The translations under genes were made by a program, and so were the position numbers. The notes under the pieces are model-generated. The model was not told where the DNA came from and did no database searches. It saw nothing but the letters and a program-made list of their open reading frames with translations. A DNA stretch of 64,000 bases, taken from IMG/VR virus record IMGVR_UViG_2910903598_000005, positions 69,058 through 133,057 of that record. One strand, given 5' to 3'. Of this stretch, positions 52,580 to 62,294 are shown in pieces (the first letter of the stretch is position 1; every line of letters begins with the position of its first letter). The DNA comes from a virus (taxonomy: Duplodnaviria > Heunggongvirae > Uroviricota > Caudoviricetes).

Positions 52580-53116
52580 ATGCTTGTAAAATGTAGAATT
52601 TGCGGCAAAAAAGTAGACAGAAACGAAGCTTTTAAAGTAGCAGTAGAAGGTAAACCAAATGCCTACTACTGCTCAGAAGCTGAGTATAACAAAATGATGG
52701 AAAACCGCAAAAATAGGAATGATACATATTATTGTATTTATGATATTTTCGGATATACGGTGACGAATACTGTATTAAATAAGGAAGTAAATGCCCTCGG
52801 CAAAATCTACGGATTTAAATTGATATTAGAATACTTGCATGACAATCAAGAATATTTAACAAGAATTGTTGGGAGAGAATACAATAGCGAATTTGCTAAG
52901 ATTAAATATTTTTCAGCAATTTTAAAAAATAGTCTGGTTGATTATAGGGACTCAGACGATGGAGTTCCACAGAGACAACAGGCTATTGTTAAACATCATG
53001 TTGTAAGCAAGCAGATCAATGAAAATATCGGAGCTGAAAAAACTAAATACAAGAAGAAAAAGAAATCTCGTAGATGTATTAACGATATTTTGACGGAAGT
53101 TGGTGAGAAAGAATAG
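52580..53116 (+). CDS. hypothetical zinc-finger protein (178 aa)
   Basis: CRICGKK...YYCSE. Ribosome-binding site TAGGAGTCTG. Confidence 0.5.
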   Translation: MLVKCRICGKKVDRNEAFKVAVEGKPNAYYCSEAEYNKMMENRKNRNDTYYCIYDIFGYTVTNTVLNKEVNALGKIYGFKLILEYLHDNQEYLTRIVGREYNSEFAKIKYFSAILKNSLVDYRDSDDGVPQRQQAIVKHHVVSKQINENIGAEKTKYKKKKKSRRCINDILTEVGEKE

Positions 53117-53172
53117 CAGATTTTGTTGCAGGAGTTAAAGACAAATATCCGTCAAAATTATTAAAAGGTCGT

Positions 53173-54663
53173 ATGGAGGCAGAGGGAAATGTAATCAGTT
53201 GTTTCTTTAAAGATATGTTGCTTTTGGATGACACTACATTCGAACAACACGATTTCATTACAAAAGATGGGCTTTTTTACTTTTCTATGCTCAAAAAATT
53301 ACGTGAACAGGGCTTCTATTCTCTGGATGAAATCACGATTTTATCCAACCTGTCTGAGAACGCTATAAAAAGATACACTGACATGGGAGGATGGGATTCT
53401 ATTCAACATCAGATAGATATTATCAACACACAGAATTTTGATGTGTATATCGACATTCTGTATAGAGAAAACACTATGCTGAAGATGTATGATGATGGAT
53501 TTAACCTGTTCAAAGAGATAGACATTGACGGCAAGAAAATCGTACCAGTAACACTTTTCAGAAGAATGACCGCCGAGGAAGTTACGGATTGGTATGATGC
53601 AAGACTAAGTACATATGGTACGGGATATTCCAGTAAGATTCTGGAAGAAGAAGAAATTGATTTTGATGATGATTTTATTGATTCCTGCGTGGAAGGTGAA
53701 GAAAATGGAGTTCCATTTGATGTGGCAGGGATTGATATTAATGGCGAAGAAATGAACTGCTTTCCGTTCTTATCCAGACAGATCATGGGTATTCTTGAGG
53801 GAACACTTACTATGATGGGTGGATTCAGTAGTGCAGGTAAATCAACATGGTTTATCACTTTGCTTATGGCATTGCTGAATTATGATAGGAAAGTATTGAT
53901 CATTTCAAACGAAGAAAAAGTAAAGAAATTTAAAGTCAAGTTTATGATTTGGCTTTTGGCGAAGCATAATCGTTATTTTAAGTTGACAAAAAAGAAAATG
54001 ATGTCTGGACAGATTGATGATGCAAGCCGAAGAGAACTAAAAGACGTGCAACAGTTATGGCGAGAACGGTATAAGGGTAGAGTGAAATTCTTACTTATCA
54101 ACGATGCTGATATGACTGTTGTCAAGAAGAAAATTAGAGAACATGTACTTCGCTACGGATATGACACAGTGTTGTATGACACTTTTAAGATTCAAGAAGG
54201 AGATTTTAAAGGTAATCGTACTGATTTATCTTTGGTTCATGACAGTCGAGAGTTAGATAAACTTGCAAAAAAATACAACATTATCATGCTGGCATCTGTG
54301 CAGTTAGCAGAGTATATGAGAGGAAGGCTATTTCTTGATAGCTCTGTTCTTTCAAACTCTAAACAGATCAAAGAAGTATTAGAGAATCTTTTCTTGATGA
54401 GGACTGTATATGACGAAGAACTTGATGAAAAGAGTAAATTCTATTGTCGTCCATTTAGGCTAAAAAAAGTTAATGATAAATGGATTGAGGAAGAATATCA
54501 TCCTGATCGTACTGCGGTGTGGAGAGCTTTATTTGTTGAGAAATGTCGAAGCGGTTCAAACTCATCAGATACAGGAGTTGGTTATCTACTTAAATTCGAT
54601 GGTGATCATTGTATCTTTAGAGAGGTTGCGCAGGCAAGATTTAAACATGGAGAAATCAAATAA
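53173..54663 (+). CDS. DnaB-like replicative DNA helicase
   Basis: Walker A GGFSSAGKST. LLINDADMTV... and MLASVQLAEYMRGR match the DnaB C-terminal RecA-like domain. Confidence 0.7.
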   Translation: MEAEGNVISCFFKDMLLLDDTTFEQHDFITKDGLFYFSMLKKLREQGFYSLDEITILSNLSENAIKRYTDMGGWDSIQHQIDIINTQNFDVYIDILYRENTMLKMYDDGFNLFKEIDIDGKKIVPVTLFRRMTAEEVTDWYDARLSTYGTGYSSKILEEEEIDFDDDFIDSCVEGEENGVPFDVAGIDINGEEMNCFPFLSRQIMGILEGTLTMMGGFSSAGKSTWFITLLMALLNYDRKVLIISNEEKVKKFKVKFMIWLLAKHNRYFKLTKKKMMSGQIDDASRRELKDVQQLWRERYKGRVKFLLINDADMTVVKKKIREHVLRYGYDTVLYDTFKIQEGDFKGNRTDLSLVHDSRELDKLAKKYNIIMLASVQLAEYMRGRLFLDSSVLSNSKQIKEVLENLFLMRTVYDEELDEKSKFYCRPFRLKKVNDKWIEEEYHPDRTAVWRALFVEKCRSGSNSSDTGVGYLLKFDGDHCIFREVAQARFKHGEIK

Positions 54664-54684
54664 TTAAAATGTGCGGTGTGATAT

Positions 54685-55713
54685 ATGTTAGACAATATAA
54701 AAAAAGAACTATTGTCTAATCCTGAAAAAATAAGAGAAGTCTTGGAGCATTTTGATTATTGTCATGTAGTGATCAGAAACACATATATGTCATTTGGTCG
54801 AGATGAGGTCTCTTCAAAGAAGTCCATAGTAATCAATCTGAAAAATAACAAAGCGTTGTTTGTGCATGATTATGCTAGAGCAATCCAAAAAGATTTGTTC
54901 TCATATATTATGCAGCAACGTGGAGTTGATTTTGCAGAGGTTTTAGGAGTTGTTAAAAACATCTTAGGGATTACTGATTACTATGATTTCTTTGATAGAC
55001 AAGGTATTTTTGGCGGATTTTATGAAAGGATTAGAAATCACAATGTAGTTCGAATCCAAACTTATGATGAATCTATATTAGATAAATACAATAATGTAGG
55101 GAATTTAAGATTCCTTAAAGATAATATATCACTTGAAGCACAAAGAACTTTTGGCATTCGGTTTGATACATCATCTCAAGGGATCGCAATTCCGATTAGA
55201 AATCAATTAGGACAACTAATTGGTGTAAAAGAAAGATTTAACTATGATGTTGAAGATGGTGAAATGAAATATTTCTACGATGTTCCGTGTCAAATGTCTC
55301 AAACATTATATGGATATTCTCAGAATTATCAGTATTTAGCCAACGGTGTTGTGTTGATATTTGAGGCAGAGAAATCTGTAATGCAGTGTTTTACATATGG
55401 AATTAGAAACTGTGTGGCACTTGGCAGTGGAACAATCAGCAAGAAACAGGTGCAATTATTATTGGAATTAAATCCTAAAAAAGTAATATTTATGCATGAT
55501 GTTGGCTATGATATTGAGAATATTATGAGAAATATTGACATGGTAAAAGGATACTCAAGATTTGCTGAGATTGAGTTAGGATACTGGGACTTTAATTTAA
55601 GTGAGTATTCCAATAAGGTATCACCGTCCGATATGGGAAAAGAAAAGTTAAATTACATATTAGAAAACGAAATAAAAATGATAGGGGATGAAGACGTCGA
55701 AGAAGAAATATAA
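54685..55713 (+). CDS. DNA primase (DnaG-like, Toprim domain)
   Basis: Toprim region FEAEKSVMQCFTYGIRNCVALGSGTIS...VIFMHDVGYD (E ... DxD). Confidence 0.6.
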   Translation: MLDNIKKELLSNPEKIREVLEHFDYCHVVIRNTYMSFGRDEVSSKKSIVINLKNNKALFVHDYARAIQKDLFSYIMQQRGVDFAEVLGVVKNILGITDYYDFFDRQGIFGGFYERIRNHNVVRIQTYDESILDKYNNVGNLRFLKDNISLEAQRTFGIRFDTSSQGIAIPIRNQLGQLIGVKERFNYDVEDGEMKYFYDVPCQMSQTLYGYSQNYQYLANGVVLIFEAEKSVMQCFTYGIRNCVALGSGTISKKQVQLLLELNPKKVIFMHDVGYDIENIMRNIDMVKGYSRFAEIELGYWDFNLSEYSNKVSPSDMGKEKLNYILENEIKMIGDEDVEEEI

Positions 55714-57307
55714 CATTTTGAACGATTGCAGAGGACTTTTTGAAGATGAGGTGTTTGAAATTATCATGCAGGAGCGTGGTATTGACGATCCAGAGCATTT
55801 TCTAAATCCTACGGAAGATGATTTACTTTCTCTTGATGACTTAAAAAATATTGATAAAGCATATAAGCTTTTGGTAGATGCAGTATACAAAGATAAACGT
55901 ATTGCAGTACATTTTGACACAGATACTGACGGAGTTGCAGCGGGAACTATTATTACACGACATTTAAAAAACATGACAGAAAATCCAGTAGATGTATACA
56001 TTAACCGAGGCAAACAGCATGGATTAGCAAATCAGGACATTGCTAAGTTTTATGGGTATGATTTACTGATTGTCGTTGATAGTTTGGATAAAGACGAGAC
56101 TCAGTATAAGGATTTAAAAGAAACAGGAGTTGATGTGATTGTGTTAGACCACCATGCCATCGATCCAGATGTTCCTTATGACAACTATTGCACATTAGTT
56201 TCTTCTCAGAGAGAATATGAAAATCCACAGCTATCTGGCGCAGGTGTTGTTTGGAAGTTTTGCAAGTATATTGATGAGCAGAATGGTACAGATTATGCAG
56301 ATGATTTGGTCGATCTAGCAGGTGTTGGGCTGATTGCAGATATGATGGATATGAGAGTAATGGAGAATCGTTACATTGTATCCGAAGCTTTGAAAGAAAT
56401 TAGAAATCCTGCGATTAAGAAGATTATTGGTGGATTTGAATTCAACAGCACAGCAGTTGCTTTTAGTATTGCACCGTTGGTTAATGCTGCAAACAGAATG
56501 GATCAGAATGAAATTGCCCTAAATGCTTTCCTTGAAGACGACAATAAAAAGTTACGAGGATATATTAAACAGTTAAAGCAATGCAAAGAAGACCAAAATG
56601 AAGAGGTCGCACAGCTGATGCCAATGATTGTGGAACAGTGTGAAGCTCAGAGTTATAAAAAGATGATCACAACTTTTATCGACACTGATTATGGTATTTC
56701 TGGGTTAATTGGAAACAAATTGCTTGAAAAATACCAGAAGCCGATTCTTGTGCTAAAGAAAAATGAAGATACATATGCAGGATCTATGCGAGCAGTTGGT
56801 GTAAAAGACTTCCGACAGATGTGTAATAACAGTCAGTTGGCTGAAGCAAATGGACATGAACTTGCCAGTGGTATTGAAATTCCTAGAAAGAACTTCGCTG
56901 AGTTCACCTCTTATATAGAAGAAACTCTTTCAGATAAGCCAGAAGATACAACAGTTGATGTCGATATTATGCTTGATATTTCAGACATCACAAGAAAAAT
57001 GGTTGACATGATTAAGAAAATTGATCGTATTTCTGGACAAGGATTTAAACCTGTAAGAGTTTATATTGAAGAGATTGACGACTATGACATTGGTCAGATG
57101 AGCAATTATAAACATCTTGTCCTGAAACCATGTAACAATGATAAATTGTGGATCATTAAATGGAACTACGATGGATCATTTGAGGATATGGAAGACCACT
57201 CTATGATGAATGATGAATTTTGTGCTGTAACTACTCTTGATTGTGGATTCTTTGGCAGAAAGTTTGTGCTGAAAGCAGTGTGTGATTCACTTGAAGAGGT
57301 GGGATGA
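55688..57307 (+). CDS. RecJ-like single-strand DNA exonuclease (DHH/DHHA1)
   Basis: Motifs IAVHFDTDTDGVAAG, VIVLDHH and distal GSMRAVGV/ANGHELASG. Confidence 0.7.
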   Translation: MKTSKKKYNILNDCRGLFEDEVFEIIMQERGIDDPEHFLNPTEDDLLSLDDLKNIDKAYKLLVDAVYKDKRIAVHFDTDTDGVAAGTIITRHLKNMTENPVDVYINRGKQHGLANQDIAKFYGYDLLIVVDSLDKDETQYKDLKETGVDVIVLDHHAIDPDVPYDNYCTLVSSQREYENPQLSGAGVVWKFCKYIDEQNGTDYADDLVDLAGVGLIADMMDMRVMENRYIVSEALKEIRNPAIKKIIGGFEFNSTAVAFSIAPLVNAANRMDQNEIALNAFLEDDNKKLRGYIKQLKQCKEDQNEEVAQLMPMIVEQCEAQSYKKMITTFIDTDYGISGLIGNKLLEKYQKPILVLKKNEDTYAGSMRAVGVKDFRQMCNNSQLAEANGHELASGIEIPRKNFAEFTSYIEETLSDKPEDTTVDVDIMLDISDITRKMVDMIKKIDRISGQGFKPVRVYIEEIDDYDIGQMSNYKHLVLKPCNNDKLWIIKWNYDGSFEDMEDHSMMNDEFCAVTTLDCGFFGRKFVLKAVCDSLEEVG

Positions 57308-58575
57308 TTATGTATGAAGATTTAATTGCAAAAATTATCCCAACATTAAAATTTAAATTTCCATATTCTGTTGAAGATTATGGAAGAAATCTATATCTTG
57401 AAAACTACCATTGTCATAAAGATTTTAGTAATACATCAACTCCAGATTGTGCAGAATCAATTGAAAATTATGCAAAACGTATTCATGAATTTGGTGCAAA
57501 ATGTCTTTATTCAGGGGAGCATGGGTCACAAGGAAACCAGTTTGAAGTATATAAAGTGGCTGAAAAGGAGCATTTGAAATATATTCATTCTGCTGAAGCC
57601 TACTGGGTGAAAGATAGAAAAGAAAAAGACAAAGCAAACTGTCATATGATGATACTTGCGAAAAATGCTGAAGGGAGAGAAGATATTAACTTCGCCCTTT
57701 CTATGGCAAATATTGATGGATATTATTACAAACCAAGAATTGACTTAGAATTACTTTTTAATATTCCAAAAGAGAATGTAATTGTTACATCAGCTTGCTT
57801 ATCTGGTTGGCATTATAAAGATGCAGAGGACATTTGGTTAAAAATACATGACTATTTTGGCGATAATTTCTTTTTAGAAGTGCAGGCTCATAATACTGAT
57901 CCACAAAAAAGACTTAACAGAAAAATCTTAAAACTTGCAAAAGAACACAATATTCAGATCATTTGTGGGCTTGATAGTCATTACATTGATGATAAGACGG
58001 CAGTAAAAAGGGATCAGATTTTAAAGTACAAGCATATTGAATATCCAGAAGAATTTGGATGGTATATGGATTATCCAGACACAACAACGGTTATAGAGCG
58101 ATTTCAAGAGCAAGGAGTTCTTTCTGATGAAGAAGTCTTAACTGCTATTATGAACACAAACGTGTTCATGTCAGAATGCGAAGAAATTGTTTTTGACAGA
58201 AAATTTAAAATTCCAAGCGTTCATAAAGATAAAACATATGAAGGCAAATGTGCTATTTATAAGAAAATATTAAACAAAGCCTATGCTAAAGAAAAAGAAA
58301 AATCAAAAGAAAAAGCAGATGGAATTAGGTATGAAGCAAAACAAGTCATGGATTCAGGAGTTGTAGATTACTTTTTAACAAGTAAAGCAATTGTAGATGA
58401 TGCAGTAAATTGCGAAGGTGGAATATTAACTACTACGTCAAGAGGTAGCGCTGCATCATTCATTACAAATAAGTTGCTAGGATTAACAACGGTAGATAGA
58501 TTCAATGCAGATATTCCTATTTATCCAGAACGCTTTTTAACAAAAGACCGTGTTTTAGCAGGTCAGATGCCCGAT
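57304..58575 (+). CDS. DNA polymerase III alpha subunit, exon 1 (PHP domain), ending at the conserved MPD of the MPDxDxDF motif
   Basis: ENYHCHKDFSNTSTPDCAESIENYAKRIHEFGAKCLYSGEHGSQGNQFEVYKVAEKEHLKYIHSAEAYW is a PHP domain. The last residues are ...ERFLTKDRVLAGQMPD, then an in-frame stop. Confidence 0.65.
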
Positions 58576-59717
58576 TAAAACAATAGTGCATATAAACCAG
58601 TAAAGGAGGAATTTTTATTACAGGTATTTACTGTATTGAAAATATTGTAAATCATAAAAAATATGTTGGACAAAGTGTAGATATAAATGATCGATGGAAA
58701 CATCATCTAAATAGTTTAAGAAGAAACGATCATGCAAATTGTTATTTGCAACGTAGTTTTAATAAATATGGTGAAGAAAGTTTTAAACATTATATTTTAG
58801 AAGAGTGTAAAAGAGAAGATCTTGATGAGAAAGAGAAGAGTTGGATTAAAAAATTAAACACATATAAAAATGGCTACAATATGAATGGTGGTGGATCTGG
58901 ATGTTATATCCCAAATCCTACAGATGAATATAGAGAAAAAATGCGAAGAATGGTTATGGGGACGAATAACCCAAATTATGGGCATAAATGGACTGAAGAA
59001 ATGAAAAGAAATTTATCTCAAAAAAAGATTGGGAAAAATTTAAATGAAAATAACCCAAATGCCAAGTCTGTAATATGTGTTGAAACTCTAAAAATATATA
59101 AGACACAAAAGGATGCTGCAAAAGAATTACATATTAAAAATACATCATCAATATCAAGGTGCTTATTAAATAAACAAAATTTAGCTTATGGTTATCATTT
59201 TGTTTTATATACAAAAGAAATGTATGAATATTTATTAAACAATCAATTTGAGTATTTGTGCGAATGTAATGTCGGACGAAAAATCTATGCAGATATGACT
59301 AATAAAAGATTTTATTTGTTGAAAGATATGATGAAAAAATTGTATCCACTACTAAATTGCACTCAACGAGAACTAAAACAATTTCTTAAACAAGAAAAGT
59401 TCAATGTAAATAACGTAGAATATGTACTGTTATAATAGTCGCTATATGTAGTGATATATATAGAAAACCCAGAATATCAGGGGAAGTCCTAAAACCTTGT
59501 CCACCAAGCATTAGAGAAATCAAAATGTGGCATTGTTAACTGCAATGATATGGTAACAGCGGCAAGGATTGGATAATCCTGAGAGATAGCCCTAAGTTGT
59601 TTAAATATACAATATGGGAAGCTCGCAACGACTACCAATGGGAATCCGAGATAATATCGACGATTATGGTATAGTCTACTCCCCTATTAAAATATCGGGA
59701 AACCGAGGGTATCAAGG
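58576..59717 (+). mobile_element. Putative group I intron carrying a GIY-YIG homing-endonuclease ORF, inserted in the Pol III alpha gene
   Basis: Lies between conserved polymerase segments. The 3' ~280 nt has group-I-like core elements: R-like GCAACGACTACC (59625-59636) pairing with S-like TATAGTCTAC (59672-59681) through GACTA/TAGTC, and a P4-like AGGATT/AATCCT (59565-59580). Boundaries are approximate, not confirmed. Confidence 0.5.
58617..59435 (+). CDS. GIY-YIG homing endonuclease (I-TevI-like), probable non-AUG (ATT) start
   Basis: GIYCIENIVNHKKYVGQSVDINDRWKHH is a GIY-YIG motif. The frame is open from 58596. Ribosome-binding site AAAGGAGGA at 58602-58610. There is no ATG, GTG or TTG before the GIY motif; ATT at 58617 has 7-nt spacing. 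Confidence 0.55.
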   Translation: MTGIYCIENIVNHKKYVGQSVDINDRWKHHLNSLRRNDHANCYLQRSFNKYGEESFKHYILEECKREDLDEKEKSWIKKLNTYKNGYNMNGGGSGCYIPNPTDEYREKMRRMVMGTNNPNYGHKWTEEMKRNLSQKKIGKNLNENNPNAKSVICVETLKIYKTQKDAAKELHIKNTSSISRCLLNKQNLAYGYHFVLYTKEMYEYLLNNQFEYLCECNVGRKIYADMTNKRFYLLKDMMKKLYPLLNCTQRELKQFLKQEKFNVNNVEYVLL

Positions 59718-61745
59718 ATTGACCTAAATGTAGCTACTCAGGAGCCATTTGTGAAAGCTGCAAAAAAACTTCTTGGAGAGCATGGATGTTATCCGTTAAT
59801 GGCTATAGAAAAGTTAAAAGAGAAAGCAGCATGGCAATTATATGCTGGAGCTAATGATGTTAGTTCAGAAGATGCAAATAGAATTTCAAAATATCTTGAT
59901 GATTATAATAAAGCATTGAAATATGCTGATGAAGAAGATAAAGATTTTATTCATGTTGAAGACTACATTCCAGAAGAATATGTTGATTTATTTAAACAAA
60001 GCAATGAGTACCAAGGAATCACTATCAATCTAAAAGTACATGCTTGTGGACATTTTATATTCGACGGAGATATTCGTAGAGAAGTAGGATTAATTAGTGC
60101 TGTTTCAGAAACGACTGGGAAAAGAACAATTTGTGCCGCCATTGAAGGTGGCTATCTTGATGAATTTGGATATGTAAAAGAAGATTTTCTTATTGTAGAT
60201 AGTGTTTATCTTACATATAAATTTTTTCACAGTATAGGAATGGAGGTTCCTACATCTGAAGAACTGAGAGAGATGATAGAAGGAGATCATAAAACATGGG
60301 ATATTTATGCAAAAGGAATTACTTGTTGTGTTAACCAATGTGAAAAAGAAGCGACAACAAATAGAGCAAAGAAATATAAGCCACAAAATTTAGCAGAATT
60401 AAGTAGTTTCATTGCTGCAATTAGACCAGGATTTGCATCTTTATTAAATACTTTTTTAAATCGTGAACCATATTCAACAGGCGAAAAGAAAATTGATGAG
60501 TTGTTACAAGATACAGCACATTTTATGATTTATCAAGAGTCAATTATGAAGGTATTATCTTTCCTGCAATTGAAGATGGGCGAAACGTATGGAGTTATTA
60601 AAAATATCTCGAAAAAAAAATATAAAGCTCATCCTGAAAAGTTAAAAGAACTGAAAGAAAGATTAAAAGATGGTTGGCAAATTGAAATTGGAGAACTTAA
60701 TAATTTCAATAATATATGGGAAGTTATAGACTCATCAGCTTCGTACGCCTTCAACTCTCCGCATGCTTGGTCGATGGCTGAGGATTCTGCCTATCAGGCA
60801 TGGTTTAAAGCTCATTATACGAAAATGTTCTATGAAGTAGCAATTAATCATTACCAAGAAAAAAATAAGAAAGATAAAATTGATGCTCTAGTAAAAGAAG
60901 CCATTAAATTTTGGGGATATAAATTGGGAGATTATCGGTTTGGAGCAGACAATAGAAAAGTCACGATTGATGAAGAACATAAAATTATATATCCCAATTT
61001 ATCAAGCATTAAAGGATTTGGAGAAGGTGTCGCCAATTCACTATATGATTTAGGACAGGCTAAATACAGCTCATTCATAGAAGTAATCAATGTATTAAAG
61101 CAGAATCATCTCAATAAAACAGTGATAGACAAATTAATTAAAATTAATTATTTTGTAGAGTTCGGAGATGCGAATACCTTATTAGAAACAGTTAAATATT
61201 ATGAATTATTAAATGGGAAAAAGCAATTGTCCAAAGAAAAGGCGATAGAATATCACATTTCTTCTGATTTACTTTTGAAGTATGGTCATGAGACAAAAAC
61301 ACTTTATAATCAATTAGATTCAGAACAATTACTTATTGAATCTATAAAAAATATTCCATACAGAGAATTGTCTTTGAAAGAAAAATTAGACAATCAGAGA
61401 AATGTTCTCGGAATTGTAAGCTATGCTAACGTAAAAGTTAATAAACGATTATATTATGTTTCAGATCTTGATGTTAAAAAATCCATCGTTAACATTCAGT
61501 TATATGAAATTTACTCTGGAAAAACACAGAAAGTAAAAATGTGGACAAACCAATATAAGAAGAACCCATTCGATGAAGGAGATATTCTATATCTGAAATC
61601 AGTTGAGAAGAAACATAAAAAAGAACCAACTGGGGAGATCAATACAAAAACAGGAAAGAAAATCTACAAAGATGTGCCAGATAAATTTGAGTTTTGGCTT
61701 AAGAATTTCACTATTAAAAATGACGTAGAGGAGGAATTAGTATAA
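59718..61745 (+). CDS. DNA polymerase III alpha subunit, exon 2 (palm/fingers core); the 5' boundary is a hypothesis
   Basis: ASYAFNSPHAWSMAEDSAYQAWFKAHYTKMF matches the Pol III alpha FNKSHAAAY...LKAHYP motif. The frame is open from 59691 (IDLNVATQ... could continue MPD-IDL). The track start is GTG 59751. Confidence 0.6.
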   Translation: MDLNVATQEPFVKAAKKLLGEHGCYPLMAIEKLKEKAAWQLYAGANDVSSEDANRISKYLDDYNKALKYADEEDKDFIHVEDYIPEEYVDLFKQSNEYQGITINLKVHACGHFIFDGDIRREVGLISAVSETTGKRTICAAIEGGYLDEFGYVKEDFLIVDSVYLTYKFFHSIGMEVPTSEELREMIEGDHKTWDIYAKGITCCVNQCEKEATTNRAKKYKPQNLAELSSFIAAIRPGFASLLNTFLNREPYSTGEKKIDELLQDTAHFMIYQESIMKVLSFLQLKMGETYGVIKNISKKKYKAHPEKLKELKERLKDGWQIEIGELNNFNNIWEVIDSSASYAFNSPHAWSMAEDSAYQAWFKAHYTKMFYEVAINHYQEKNKKDKIDALVKEAIKFWGYKLGDYRFGADNRKVTIDEEHKIIYPNLSSIKGFGEGVANSLYDLGQAKYSSFIEVINVLKQNHLNKTVIDKLIKINYFVEFGDANTLLETVKYYELLNGKKQLSKEKAIEYHISSDLLLKYGHETKTLYNQLDSEQLLIESIKNIPYRELSLKEKLDNQRNVLGIVSYANVKVNKRLYYVSDLDVKKSIVNIQLYEIYSGKTQKVKMWTNQYKKNPFDEGDILYLKSVEKKHKKEPTGEINTKTGKKIYKDVPDKFEFWLKNFTIKNDVEEELV

Positions 61746-61795
61746 TTCAATTTTACAAATATACCGACAAGGAAATCAAAGAACTCATCAGCTCG

Positions 61796-62278
61796 ATGAC
61801 AATCCTGGTCGACACAAGGGAGCAAAAGGCTGATCATATCATAGGTTACTTCGATAGAAAAAGCGTAAATCATAAAAAGAAAGCATTGAATTATGGAGAC
61901 TACAGTTTCATGATTCCTGCAAATGAGAAGCTTGGTATTCAGAGAGATATTTATTTTGACAGCAAAGTATGTATTGAACGCAAAGGAAGTCTTGAAGAAA
62001 TCAGTGGCAATTTATCAAAAGATCGTGCCAGATTCGAAAAAGAGCTAAGTCTTGCACCAGAGACAAAAGTTATTCTGCTTGAAAACGCCAATTACTCAGA
62101 TATTGCAGATGGCAATTATAACACGCAGTATAACAAGAAATCATTCATTGGATCATTGCACAGCTTTTGGTTTAAATACAATGTGCCGATATTCTTCATG
62201 CCAGATAATAAATATTCTGGGCTGTTTATTCGATTGTATTTTGAATATTACTTTAAAAATTATTTAAAAGGGAAATGA
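61796..62278 (+). CDS. ERCC4-type (XPF/Mus81/Hef-like) nuclease-domain protein
   Basis: ILVDTREQK ... NYGDYSF ... IERKGSLEE match the ERCC4 motifs (VDxRE, GDY, ERKx3E). The upstream frame is open from 61724 with GAGGAGGA at 61727-61734, so the start may lie earlier. Confidence 0.5.
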   Translation: MTILVDTREQKADHIIGYFDRKSVNHKKKALNYGDYSFMIPANEKLGIQRDIYFDSKVCIERKGSLEEISGNLSKDRARFEKELSLAPETKVILLENANYSDIADGNYNTQYNKKSFIGSLHSFWFKYNVPIFFMPDNKYSGLFIRLYFEYYFKNYLKGK

Positions 62279-62294
62279 GGTGCTGCCTAAATAA

